Part shown: one piece after another, positions 10,374-20,266 of the stretch | Layout: each line of letters begins with the position of its first letter | Position numbering within the stretch: position 1 is the first letter of the stretch | DNA from: Bryobacterales bacterium | GTDB taxonomy: Bacteria; Acidobacteriota; Terriglobia; Bryobacterales; UBA6623 | Reading direction: 5' to 3' | Assembly: GCA_965206775.1 (NCBI GenBank) | Contig: CBDBKU010000002.1 | Coordinates: forward strand, 1,999,796-2,063,795 | DNA length: 64,000 nt | Translations under genes and position numbers: made by a program | Notes under the pieces: model-generated | What the model saw: only the letters and a program-made list of their open reading frames with translations | Database searches by the model: none | What the model was told of the DNA's origin: nothing

Positions 10374-10561
10374 GCGACGGCGATATCGGCCACTCTGCGG
10401 ATTCCTGGCAGCTCGTCGCTAGTGAGGTCCTTGTAGAGATCGCGAAGGTGAGATTCGAGGTCTTCCAGTGTGTCTCCCTGGGTCCAGTAGTCGGGAAACT
10501 CCTGGAGATAGCCGATCCAGGAGCCATCTTCTTCCCAGGAGACAACCTTGACTGTGTGCAT
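10370..10561 (-). CDS. hicB: HicB-like antitoxin (UPF0150/DUF1902-type N-domain)
   Basis: MHTVKVVSWEEDGSWIGYLQEFPDYWTQGDTLEDLESHLRDLYKDL. The internal ATG at 10561 was chosen because the upstream part of the listed ORF looks non-coding. Confidence 0.7.
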   Translation of the reverse strand: MHTVKVVSWEEDGSWIGYLQEFPDYWTQGDTLEDLESHLRDLYKDLTSDELPGIRRVADIAVA

Positions 10562-10969
10562 GCGGCTTCTCTCCAAGCGCACAGTACGAGTGTGCCATGC
10601 CGCGGCGGCATGACGGCGAAACACGGAAGGCCGCTGGTGGCCGGATCGTGCAGTGAAGCCGGCCCCGGCCTTAGTGCCGGGAGCGCGAGGACGGTCCGTT
10701 TCCGCTTTGCTGCGAGGCGTTCCGCGCAAGATTCCGCACGCCCGTATCGAACCAGGAGGCCTGCTGGTACGTCCTCCTCGGTGTCCGATTCCAGTTATGG
10801 GCCAGACAGCGGACTCGGCGACCCTGACGCGTCGGAGTCGACTCAGGTGATCTGCCAGACGAGCGACCGTCGATCAGCCTCTCGACCGCGGGCGATCCGC
10901 CAAAGCGGCCGGTTCGAGCCCACCTGTTAGCAGCCGATCTGTTCCGCCGGGTGAGATAATCTGTCCGCC

Positions 10970-12424
10970 ATGGTTGCATCAATCACTCGACGAGTCTTCG
11001 TGGGGGCTGCCGGAGCGACTATCGCTGCCCAGCAGGCCTCGGCCGACGAGAAGCGGCCCAACATCCTATGGATCTGTACCGACCAGCAGCGCTGGGACAC
11101 GATCCGGTCGCTCGGTAACGAGCACATCCGCACGCCGAATATCGATCGTCTTGTCGCGAGCGGGGTCTCGTTCGAGAACGCCTACTGCCAGTCTCCGATT
11201 TGCACGCCGAGCCGGGCCGGGTTCCTGACCGGGATGTATCCATCGGCGGTGCACGGGTGCATGAACGGCAACGATCGGTGGGACGACGCGGCGCCGCTAG
11301 TCACCAAGACGCTGGCCGACTCGGGCTATGACTGCGGGCTGGCGGGCAAGTTTCACCTGTCGGCGGCGCAAGGGCGCATCGAGCCGCGTGTCGACGACGG
11401 GTACAGGGTTTTCCATTGGAGCCATCATCCGGGTGACGACTGGCCCGAGGGGCACGCCTACATCGAGTGGCTGCAATCGAAGGGCAAGGACTACGGCTCG
11501 ATCTACAAGCAGCTTGGCTACATTCCGAGCGAGTTTCACCAAACGACTTGGTGCGCCGACCGCGCGATCGAATTCATGCAGGAAGAGCGATCCAAGCCCT
11601 GGCTGTTCAGCTTGAACTGCTTCGACCCGCACTCGCCGTTCGATCCGCCGCAGGAGTGGCTGGACCACTACCCCGAATCGGACATGCCGGGGCCGCTGTT
11701 CCGCGAGTCCGACCTAGCGGCCCAGGAGCGGCTGAAAGACATCAATTTCCAAAGGACCGCTCGCCGTCCGGACGAGATGAACGCCAAGTCGTACCAAGCC
11801 AAGTACTACGCCATGGTCGAGCTGATCGACCACAACGTCGGGCGAATGCTCGATGCCCTCGATGAGAGCGACCAGCTAGCGAACACGGTTGTCATCTTCA
11901 CCAGCGATCACGGCGAGACGCTTGGCGACCACGGGCTGCTGCTCAAGGGCTGCCGCTTTTACGAGAGCTTGGTGCATGTCCCGCTGGTGATTTCCTGGCC
12001 GGGACGATTCGAGAAGGGCTTGCGCAGCCCGGCTCTTGTCGAGCTGACGGATCTCGCTCCTACAATGCTGGAGCTGGCCGGACTCGCCGTGCCGGGCTCG
12101 ATGCACGGGAAGCCGCTGACATCCATCCTGCAGGGAGAATCCGCGCCTGACCGACACAGGGAGTTCGTGCGGAGCGAATTCTACCGGGCGCTCGCCGGGG
12201 TGCAGAGCTTCGGCACGATGGTTCGCAGCGAGAGGTTCAAGCAGGTTGCCTACCACGGCCACGGGCTGGGAGAGCTCTTCGACCTCGAGGCCGACCCAGG
12301 CGAGTTCGACAATCTCTGGGACGACAAGCGGATGGCGCAGGTGCGTCATGAGCACACGATGATGAACTTCGACGCGCTGGCAATGGCTTCGGACGTGGGA
12401 CGGCCCAGAATTGCGCGGTACTAG
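10970..12424 (+). CDS. Arylsulfatase-family sulfatase (formylglycine type), Tat signal
   Basis: RRVFVGAAGATIAAQQASA, then NILWICTDQQRWD and the CTPSRAGFLTG (C-x-P-x-R) motif, plus FTSDHGE. Confidence 0.9.
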   Translation: MVASITRRVFVGAAGATIAAQQASADEKRPNILWICTDQQRWDTIRSLGNEHIRTPNIDRLVASGVSFENAYCQSPICTPSRAGFLTGMYPSAVHGCMNGNDRWDDAAPLVTKTLADSGYDCGLAGKFHLSAAQGRIEPRVDDGYRVFHWSHHPGDDWPEGHAYIEWLQSKGKDYGSIYKQLGYIPSEFHQTTWCADRAIEFMQEERSKPWLFSLNCFDPHSPFDPPQEWLDHYPESDMPGPLFRESDLAAQERLKDINFQRTARRPDEMNAKSYQAKYYAMVELIDHNVGRMLDALDESDQLANTVVIFTSDHGETLGDHGLLLKGCRFYESLVHVPLVISWPGRFEKGLRSPALVELTDLAPTMLELAGLAVPGSMHGKPLTSILQGESAPDRHREFVRSEFYRALAGVQSFGTMVRSERFKQVAYHGHGLGELFDLEADPGEFDNLWDDKRMAQVRHEHTMMNFDALAMASDVGRPRIARY

Positions 12425-12718
12425 CGCGACGTCGCTGAAGCATCCGGAGCAGTTCTGGCACCCCTCGCGCTCGCGCCAGACAAGGTCCTTGGTGGGGGAC
12501 TTGAGCCCACCTGTCACGAGATCAGTAGACTGTACGGCGTGGCTGTGCGAAGCGGGAAAGGGCTGAGCAGAATCACCCCCAGCACGCCGCCCGCAATCCC
12601 TCGAAACCCAGGAAATCGCTCGTATTGGACGTGATCAGGGTCAGATCGTTGACTCGAGCAAGTCCTGAACGTGCAGGGGGCGGCCCGCTACCCTGAGCGC
12701 AGGCTGGAGCTACCTAGG

Positions 12719-13522
12719 ATGAGTTCGCTTGGGCAGTCGGAGATCGTCGCGGACACCATCGAGGCAGCCGAGGAGGAACTCGAGGAGATCGACTACCCCT
12801 GCTCGGACGGCGTGGCGATGTCCGAGACCGACTTCCAGGCTCGGGCCGTCATCGACGCCAGGCACTTCCTCAAGACGCACTTCCGGGACCGGCCGGACGT
12901 GTACGTGAGCGGCAACATCTTCGTCTACTACGAGCGCGGGAACCCCCGCCGGAGCGTGTCGCCGGACATCCTGGTGTCGTTCGGGGTGGAGCGCCGGGAC
13001 CGGCGGACGTACCGGACCTGGGAGGAAGGCAAGGCGCCGGACTTCGTGCTGGAGGTGGTGTCGACCCGGACGGCTCGGAAGGACTTGAATGCGAAGCGGG
13101 AGATCTACGCGGGGCTTGGGGTGCGGGAGTACTTCCTGTTCGATCCGGCGGGCGAGCTGATGCAGCCTGCGCTGCAAGGGTACCGGCTGGATTGGGGGAG
13201 GTACGAGCCGCTGGCGGCACTAGAGCCGCTGGTGGTGAAGAGCGTGGTGCTGGGGCTGGATCTGATGGTGGACGGGCGGGCGCAGTTGCGGATGCGGGAC
13301 GCGGTGACGGGGGAGAAGCTGCCGTCGGCGGAAGAGGAAGCAGCGGGCCGGCGCGCGGCCCAGGCACGGGCGGAAGAGGAAGCGGCGGCAAGGCGTCTGG
13401 CCGAGGTGCGGGCGGAAGAGGCCGAATCCCGGGCGGAAGAAGAAGCGCGCACTCGGCGCGAATTCGAGGCCCGCGTCGGCGAGTTGGAGGCGCTGCTCCA
13501 GTCGGGGCGGAGCAGCGATTAG
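12719..13522 (+). CDS. Uma2-family (DUF820) PD-(D/E)xK endonuclease with Ala/Glu/Arg-rich coiled-coil tail
   Basis: VSPDILVSFGVERRDRRTYRTWEEGKAPDFVLEVVSTRTARKDLNAKREIYAGLGVREYFLFDP. The tail is EEEAAGRRAAQARAEEEAAARRLAEVRAEEAESRAEEEA. Confidence 0.85.
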   Translation: MSSLGQSEIVADTIEAAEEELEEIDYPCSDGVAMSETDFQARAVIDARHFLKTHFRDRPDVYVSGNIFVYYERGNPRRSVSPDILVSFGVERRDRRTYRTWEEGKAPDFVLEVVSTRTARKDLNAKREIYAGLGVREYFLFDPAGELMQPALQGYRLDWGRYEPLAALEPLVVKSVVLGLDLMVDGRAQLRMRDAVTGEKLPSAEEEAAGRRAAQARAEEEAAARRLAEVRAEEAESRAEEEARTRREFEARVGELEALLQSGRSSD

Positions 13523-14006
13523 GCAACCGGGACAGGGTGGGATGCTTGGCGGCGAGCCGCGAGACCTCCGTCCCTCGACGGGCAGGACGGGGAGGGTTGC
13601 TGCGGGTTCGAGGAGTGAAGCAGCAAGTCGGGCCGGGCGGCCGGGAGGCAGCGCGCCGGGTGCGAGCCCGCACGGTCGCCCCCGGGAACGGGTGGTCCAG
13701 CCAGACCGAACGACAGGCAGAGCCCGGTCGAGAGGCGATTCATCTGTCTCGCGCAATCGGCCCGGAGGGAGGGCCTTGCGCGGCTGGGGGCGGGAGACAT
13801 GTCTACGCGGGGGGATTCCCGCACGGCCGAGCCCGGAATCCAGCTGCAGACCTGACCCCGACAGCCTGTGTCATGGCCCAGAACTCCCACAACCGAAGCG
13901 ACTTACACTTGGTGAGCGATTTGGGCTAGATCGCGCAGGCGTGATTTCTCCCAGCATTTCGGATGAGCGGGCCGCGAGTCCGGAACCAGACCGCCTCAGA
14001 CCCGTC

Positions 14007-15602
14007 TCAGAGCATCGCCTGCCGGAGGCTGCGTGCCTCCCGGGCGACGGCACCAACCGCCGGATGGTCCCGCCCGAACGCAGACTCGAGAATCCGCAGA
14101 GCGCGCTCGGTGAACTCGAGCGCCTCCTGAAGATTGCCCTGCTCGCGGAGGATCGATCCGACGCTGTTCGCGGCTAGTCCCACGCTCGGATGGTCGGGAC
14201 CCAACGATGCCTCGGCAATGGCGAGGGCCTGTCGGTTGCTTCGCAAGGCCCCGGCCAAATCCCCTCGGGCGCCCAGGACTGCCCCAATGTGACCGTAGAC
14301 GGCGGCGAAGCGGGGATGGCCGCGCGGATAGACCGTTTCGGTGACCGCCAGCGCTCGCCGGGCATACTGCAGCGCCTCGTCCAGATTCCCGAGTGAAAGC
14401 AGCGCTTGGCTGACGTTGAAACATGCCCGGGCGACATTCGGGTGGCGCTCCCCAACGGTCTCCTGCTCGATCGCCAATGCCCGCCGGAATTGCTCCAGGG
14501 CGCCACCGGCATCCCCACGCAATCGAAGGGCTTCACCTAGCGTTGCTGCGGCCGCTGCGACGCTCGGATGGTCAGGCCCCGACGCTTCCTCCGCCACGGC
14601 TAGCGCACGTCGACTGACGTTCGACGCGCCATCGAGGTCGCCTCGCTCCAGCAGGATCGAAGCGACAAGAATCCCATCCCGCGCGACGCTCGCACCTTGG
14701 AGGCCGTACACCTGCTCGTTGATCGCAAGCGCTCGGCGCGCGTGTTCGAGCGCTTCCTCCAAGCGACCTTGCTCCTTGAGAATCACTGCCACGTTACTGA
14801 GGTCGCGGGCGACGTCTGCGTGCTCCCCGCCGTAGAGACCCTCGTCAATCGTCAATGCGCGACGGGCTTGTTGCAATGCGGCATCAAGGGTTCCCTTGGC
14901 CTGGAGTGCCGCACCCAGGTTGTTCAATGCGACTGCCACATTGGGATGCACCGGACCATGGATGTCCTCGACCATCTCGAGTGTGCGCTCGGCGAATTCC
15001 AAGGCTCTGTCCAATTTGCCCTCGGCCTGGAAGCTGCGGCCGAGGTTGCTCAGGCCTCCCGCCAGGGACCCTATCCACTCCACATACTCGTCGACGAGCT
15101 GGGCTAGATCGCCAGTGCTGTCGAACCCGTCCTCGTCCAATCGGCCGACGATGCGCTCGGCAGGTGCGTTTGCTTCAAGCAAATGCCCGCCGAGTTCGTC
15201 GAACTGATTCTTGGAGATCGCGCAGGCGTTGTACTTCGAGATCAGGAAGGCGACAAACGCCCGGCCCTGACGGGCGGATCCCTCCAGGGACTGGGCCTGC
15301 GAGGGCTCCATGGCCGCGCCCGGTATGGCCAGGTCTTCCAGGCGGTCCGCAAGATCCGCGATGCTCGCGGCGTGCGTTGCCACGAAGTCGGCGGGCTCCA
15401 CCGTTTCCCTCGGGCCGTCGAAGCACGCGACCGTGGTCGGCTCGGCTCGGAATTGCTCATTCATAAACCAATAGCTGGCCGCAGCAACCGACAGCGCGAC
15501 GGTCGCCATGGCAACCGGACGCCATGCCCTCGACCGGGAAGGCTCTGACCGCTTTGGATTCGGCGGGGAGCCTCGGCGCTGTTGACGGCGTTTTCTGCTC
15601 AT
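14007..15602 (-). CDS. Membrane-anchored TPR-repeat protein (TPR_10/TPR_12 type)
   Basis: 531 aa with one N-terminal TM segment (WRPVAMATVALSVAAASYWF), followed by about eight ~42-aa repeats of the form LNNLGxxLxxxGxLDxALxxxxRALxI. Confidence 0.8.
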   Translation of the reverse strand: MSRKRRQQRRGSPPNPKRSEPSRSRAWRPVAMATVALSVAAASYWFMNEQFRAEPTTVACFDGPRETVEPADFVATHAASIADLADRLEDLAIPGAAMEPSQAQSLEGSARQGRAFVAFLISKYNACAISKNQFDELGGHLLEANAPAERIVGRLDEDGFDSTGDLAQLVDEYVEWIGSLAGGLSNLGRSFQAEGKLDRALEFAERTLEMVEDIHGPVHPNVAVALNNLGAALQAKGTLDAALQQARRALTIDEGLYGGEHADVARDLSNVAVILKEQGRLEEALEHARRALAINEQVYGLQGASVARDGILVASILLERGDLDGASNVSRRALAVAEEASGPDHPSVAAAAATLGEALRLRGDAGGALEQFRRALAIEQETVGERHPNVARACFNVSQALLSLGNLDEALQYARRALAVTETVYPRGHPRFAAVYGHIGAVLGARGDLAGALRSNRQALAIAEASLGPDHPSVGLAANSVGSILREQGNLQEALEFTERALRILESAFGRDHPAVGAVAREARSLRQAML

Positions 15603-15621
15603 GTCTCGGGTCGAATGCGCT

Positions 15622-16320
15622 CTATTCTGCGGGGCTTCCGGGCCGGGAGGGCTCGATGATGGGGTCGAGAGACGAGGCTGGAACGAACGAGTCCCGATTC
15701 ACCATCTTGACGTTCGCGAGGTTTTCGGCATTCAGCTCGTCAGCCTGTTGCACGATCCCGTTCAGGAACAGAACATACGCAACCACAGCGTAGACCTGGT
15801 CCGGGGGCAGCATCCCCGGGCGATCGAACGGCATTGCCCGATTCACGTAATCCCAGACGGTGGTTGCATACGGCCAGTAGCTGCCGACTGTCTTGAGCGG
15901 CCGAGGGGAGCGCAGACTTCGGTGGCCCCCAACGAGAGCTTCGGCATCGCCTCCCTCGCCGTGCTCGCCGTGGCACTCCGCGCAGCGGACACCATAGATC
16001 GCCTCGCCCTCAAGTGCCGTGCCGCGCCCTTCGGGAAGACCATCGCCGTCCGGGGTGATCGAACGGTCCCATGCACTGATTTCTCGCGCACTTGGCGTCC
16101 GTCCGAGGTTGAACTGGGTGGACTGAGCCAAGGCTGAGCTGCCGAGAGTGACCAGCAGGCAAGCCACCACCTGCGCTGGACGGAACGCCCGTGCGCAAGG
16201 AACACGGAATCCCCGCAGTCTATGCGCCGCAGGACGGACGGTCGAGCACTGGCGCTGCTTGCCCGAGTGGCAGTGCGCACTCGTTCCGCCAGGGGCTTGG
16301 AGCGCCTGGACCCTAGACAT
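15622..16320 (-). CDS. Mono-haem cytochrome c, SoxD/SorB-like partner of the Mo-oxidoreductase
   Basis: ATG at 16320 overlaps the upstream stop (ATGTCTAG). It has a signal peptide (VVACLLVTLGSSALAQ), the haem site CAECH and a YAVVAYVLFLNG block. Confidence 0.7.
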   Translation of the reverse strand: MSRVQALQAPGGTSAHCHSGKQRQCSTVRPAAHRLRGFRVPCARAFRPAQVVACLLVTLGSSALAQSTQFNLGRTPSAREISAWDRSITPDGDGLPEGRGTALEGEAIYGVRCAECHGEHGEGGDAEALVGGHRSLRSPRPLKTVGSYWPYATTVWDYVNRAMPFDRPGMLPPDQVYAVVAYVLFLNGIVQQADELNAENLANVKMVNRDSFVPASSLDPIIEPSRPGSPAE

Positions 16321-17551
16321 TGGGACTCGACACCCATCCGTCCGAAGCGACCTTCCAAGCCTTGACGCCGTTGTTGTGATAGGCCGAGTTCCGCCCTCGC
16401 GCCTTGATGAGTTCCGCAACGGCCGGCTGGCGGTAGCCACGGTCGTCGACCGCTCGCGAAAGGAGAACCGCCTCGGATCCATCCCATTGCCAATCAAACC
16501 GAAAGCGGGTGAATGCCATGGGTAGCGCCGGCTCCTGCAGCTCAGCTTGGAGCCATCGCGCGCCGCCGTCCACGGAGACGTCAACCGCTGCGATCCTGCC
16601 TCGGCCAGACCATGCGAGGCCCCGGATCTCGTGAAAGCCGGGCTGCGCAAGCCTCTGGCGTCCGCTCGGGGACGTGATGACGGATTTCACCTCCATGACG
16701 AAGCTGAACTGTCGCGAACGGCCGTCCGGAAGCAGTTCGGTCTAGCGTGACGTCTCATCCCGCGTCATGTGGGGCTGGTCGGTTACCTTGATGCGTCGGA
16801 GCCACTTGATACTGGTGTTGCCCTCCCATCCCGGCAGCACAAGGCGCAACGGATAGCCTTGCTCGGGTCGCAAGGCTTCGCCGTTCTGCCCGTATGCCAC
16901 GATCGCATCGTCCATCGCCTTCGTCATTGGAATGCTGCGTTGCATCTTGCAGGCATCCGCGCCCTCGGCTAGCAGCCAAGTGGCTCCATCATCGGCCCCA
17001 ACCTCGCGCAACAGCAGGGAGAGCTGCACGCCCGTCCATTCGCTGCAGCTGGCCAGGCCGTGACTCTGCTGCACATCGGGTGCGGTCCTCGGGCCCCACT
17101 CGCTGCCGCCATTTCCGGCACATTCGATGAAGTGAATGCTCGAGACGCTTGGCAATCGCTTGAGTTCCGCGACAGTGAGGATCAAGGGACGCTCCACCAG
17201 ACCGTGGATAAGCAGGCGATGATCGTCCGGATCGATCGATGGCACGCCCGCATGGTGCCGCTCGAAGTGCAATGCGGATGGAGTGAGGATGCCACGGGAA
17301 TCGCCCAGCGGCGTTCGGCTCGACGAGGACTCGGGGGTCCGTGTCGTTCGCAGGTGCCGTGCCGCAGCTTCGCGGGGAGATCGCCGACCGTATCTCGTCG
17401 TCGGCTCGCCAAGGCTCCCGCGTGGCTTCTCGGTCGCGTCAGGAGTTCCGCATGTGCCGATTGAGAGGACGGCTATAGCGCCCGTTCCAAGCAGCCGACG
17501 CCGGCCATCAAACGCATTTCGACAATCCTTGGGCGCGAGTTCCGACTTCAA
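16313..17551 (-). pseudogene. SoxC/SorA-like sulfite dehydrogenase (molybdopterin subunit) interrupted by an in-frame TAG
   Basis: ORFs 16742..17896 and 16313..16696 are in the same frame, separated only by the TAG at 16742-16744 (..HMTRDETSR*TELLPDGRSRQFSFVMEVKSVITSP..). Tat motif FDGRRRLLGTGAIAV. Mo domain HFIECAGNGG plus a dimerisation domain. The TTG start at 17551 is my guess. Confidence 0.75.
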
Positions 17552-17677
17552 ACAAGCCTCCGTAGCGATTCCCGCGCAGGGTCCGGACGCATCCAAGAGG
17601 ATCACATGCGGTCCATCTGGACTGACGGCGGGACAGCGCGGGAGCAATTCGTCGAGCGATTGAGTACGAGTATATAG

Positions 17678-17932
17678 TGGCCGCGACAAAACTCGTATCT
17701 TATTGAAATCAAGGGTGTTAGGTCCAAAATCCCCGGATGAAGATCCGATGGTTTCATCCGGATTGGGCTGAAATCCTGCGATTACCTGAGTGATCGCGCC
17801 AATCTTCGCCACCTTATGCTTGGCAACTCGTCGGGTCGGGATACTAAATATTGGGTCGCTATACCTCATCAATACCATGATGTAGTATGCGATCACGCTT
17901 CGCTAGGATTTTCGGGGGTTTTGACGCAGGCA
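17678..17932. mobile_element. MITE-like 255-bp element with termini related to the adjacent IS
   Basis: Termini are TGGCCGCGACAAAA (17678-17691) and TTTTGACGCAGGCA (17919-17932). They match the IS terminus TGCCCGTGACAAAA at 12/14 and 11/14 (hand count). Flanked by gTATATAG (17670-17677) and CTATATAG (17933-17940). It has no ORF of its own and contains a 9-bp-stem hairpin at 17733-17761. Confidence 0.45.
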
Positions 17933-19787
17933 CTATATAGTGCCCGTGACAAAACCCCCTTTTCTGGCGAATCGGCAGCAGAGAGGCCAGTTTCTGGGCT
18001 GGTAACGGACCGGCAATCATGTCATCTCAATCCTCAATATGGCCGAATTGCGCCGGGATCACTTGCGTGCCAACCTCCGCTTTCACGATGTCGCACACTT
18101 CTCCCTTCCTGAGGTCATTCCCAGGATGCTCCGCTGTGTCCCTTGAATGCTATGCCGCCAGCGGCAGGCGCAGGCCCTTCAGCTTCTCCCGCTCTCTCCG
18201 TTGCAGTATCGTCCCGATCCGGTGTATGTTCGCTGCCAGTACCGATAGTCCCACCATGCGCTCGAACCCATCCGCCCCGTGCGCCAGTATCCGGTCGAAC
18301 CCCCGCTGCTCCAGGTTGTTGATCGCCGACTCCACCGCCGCGTGCGCCCGCCTTGCCTCCACGAACTCCGGCGCTGTCTCCCGCTCCTTGTCCGCCTTCC
18401 CCAGCTTCCCTTTCTTCGGCATTGCGTTCAAGTCCAGCATCCCGTCTAACCGCGTCCGGTTCCCCGGACTGGAGTACCCCTTGTCAAAGCTGCATCCCGT
18501 CAGGCCCGGATGCAACTCCTGCGTTTCCTCGATCATGGACGGTGCCACATCCACGTCCTGCTCGCTCCACATCACCTTGTAATGCATCACGAATTGATGC
18601 TCGCTCTCCACCACGCTCACCGGCACTCCCAGCTCCACCGCTTTCCCGGCCTTCCCCTTCGAGCACCATCGCGTATGCGGCTCGTAGATCGAGTAGATCT
18701 TCTCTTCTTGCGCGATCCTCTCTCCTTCCAGTACTCGCCGCTTAACCTGGTCCGCCAATCGATTCACCAAGTCCAGGAACCACTGTATCTCTTGGATCTC
18801 TGCCTCCGTCGCACCCTTCCCTCCCAACTCTTCCAGCGTCCCCTCCGCTCTCCCTGCGATCTCCCCTGCGAATTGCAGGTACCTCCTCACTCGCTGCGCT
18901 CCCGTCCCTTTCCTGCTTCGCTGCCGCGAGGACCGCACCCGGTTGAACAGCCCCCTCGCCCGCAGACTCAAATGCCTTGCCTGACGCCATCCCCCCACGT
19001 TGCTGCGCTGGCATACCGCTGCCACCACCCGGATCAGGCAGCGCAACGCATCCCACAGCAGGCTCACGTCCGTCGGGTAATGTACATCCGTTTCCACCAC
19101 CACCGAGTCGCATCTCGCTTGCAGCTGTCCCGCCCCATCGTGCCCTGCCAGCTCATGCCCCGCCTCCACTACCAGCCGGTTCACTTCCCCCAGCAGCTCC
19201 GGCGTCAGCAGCGCCACATTCCGCACCAGCGTGCGATGGGAGAAGCCCGGCTCTCCGCAGATGTCGCTGCATCCCAGCATGCGGCGCACGTCCGCGTGCT
19301 TGCAAGCCAGTTCATGCAGGCGGTCGTAATCGCAATTCAGGCCCTGCTTCAACAGACCCAGTACGAGAATGTTCCACAGCTGCATGCCCGGCCGTCCGAC
19401 CCCGGCATCGATCCTGCCGTCCGGCGTATCGTCTTCGGCATCGTCCGGGCCTTCCCCGGAATCGGACCCGGCAAGCAAGTGGCTCTGGAGCAGGTCGAAG
19501 ACCTTGGCGCGCAGTTCGTCGCTGGAATGGATGAACTGGATTCCCTTGAGAACTGCCGGAATATCGTCGCGCGATCTCGGGTCGAACTCGATGTCTTCGA
19601 TGGCGACTTGGCCGAGGATTCCTTGGGTGCTCCAAACGGTTCTCACGGGTGTTCCTACCCGAAGATTCTAACCAATCGGGGCGAACCGCGTGAATCGGCG
19701 GCGGCAGGCCGGATCTTCGATGTCTGAAAACGACTACAAGCGCTTTGTTTTCAATCCGATCCGCATTTTGTCACGGGCACTATATAG
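17933..19787 (-). mobile_element. Complete IS element (ISNCY/IS5-superfamily-like DDE transposase)
   Basis: Perfect 22-bp terminal inverted repeat CTATATAGTGCCCGTGACAAAA (17933-17954, reverse complement at 19766-19787). The outer CTATATAG octamer is itself palindromic. It could instead be an 8-bp target duplication flanking 14-bp IRs, giving an IS proper of 17941-19779. Confidence 0.8.
18150..19646 (-). CDS. DDE transposase of the IS at 17933-19787 (family tentative: ISNCY, ISBst12/ISPlu15-like)
   Basis: 498 aa. N-terminus DIEFDPRSRDDIPAVLKGIQFIH. C-terminus FDKGYSSPGNRTRLDGMLDLNAMPKKGKL...FVEARRAHAAVESAINNLEQRGFDRILAHGADGFERMVGLSVLAANIHRIG. Confidence 0.8.
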   Translation of the reverse strand: MRTVWSTQGILGQVAIEDIEFDPRSRDDIPAVLKGIQFIHSSDELRAKVFDLLQSHLLAGSDSGEGPDDAEDDTPDGRIDAGVGRPGMQLWNILVLGLLKQGLNCDYDRLHELACKHADVRRMLGCSDICGEPGFSHRTLVRNVALLTPELLGEVNRLVVEAGHELAGHDGAGQLQARCDSVVVETDVHYPTDVSLLWDALRCLIRVVAAVCQRSNVGGWRQARHLSLRARGLFNRVRSSRQRSRKGTGAQRVRRYLQFAGEIAGRAEGTLEELGGKGATEAEIQEIQWFLDLVNRLADQVKRRVLEGERIAQEEKIYSIYEPHTRWCSKGKAGKAVELGVPVSVVESEHQFVMHYKVMWSEQDVDVAPSMIEETQELHPGLTGCSFDKGYSSPGNRTRLDGMLDLNAMPKKGKLGKADKERETAPEFVEARRAHAAVESAINNLEQRGFDRILAHGADGFERMVGLSVLAANIHRIGTILQRREREKLKGLRLPLAA

Positions 19788-19877
19788 GGGAACCTTTCCA
19801 GCCGCACCTCACGTGCCAAGGTGCGGAATAGGCCCCGCGATCGCCAGCTTGTGCCGTCGCGGGGACTCGGGCCGCCG

Positions 19878-20015
19878 TCAAGAGATGTACTTGAGGTCAA
19901 ATTGATTCGTTCTCATTTGGCCGGCGCTGGTGATCAAGCCGAAATTCCTCCAGCGAGGGTTGCTGCTGGGGTTGTTCCAGTTCGGGTGATTCGGGAAATC
20001 GAACGACTTGTCGGC
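19878..20015 (-). pseudogene. C-terminal remnant of a TonB-dependent-receptor-like outer-membrane protein
   Basis: The tail ADKSFDFPNHPNWNNPSSNPRWRNFGLITSAGQMRTNQFDLKYIS resembles the conserved ..FNxFNHPNF..FGxIxS..xRxIQFxLKxxF terminus. Nothing upstream is recognisable. It lies 90 bp from the IS right end. Confidence 0.5.
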
Positions 20016-20266
20016 AGACTCCGCAGAGTCCTCTGGAAATGCCGGCGTGCCGAGACCATTTTGGCAAGCACCTGGCCTTACCGGCACCCGTCTGCACCGC
20101 GACGGCTCAGGGCTGCCCCGATTGCTCCGGCCGCTCTGGGTGAAAGGAGGAGAGCTGCCGGCCGGCCGGTACACGGCAAGTCCCTGTCATAATGGCAGTG
20201 GAATTCCTTCTCACCCGCCTCGGCGAGGGCGCCGTCCCCCTGCTTGCCGCCGAGCCTCTGGCTCCT

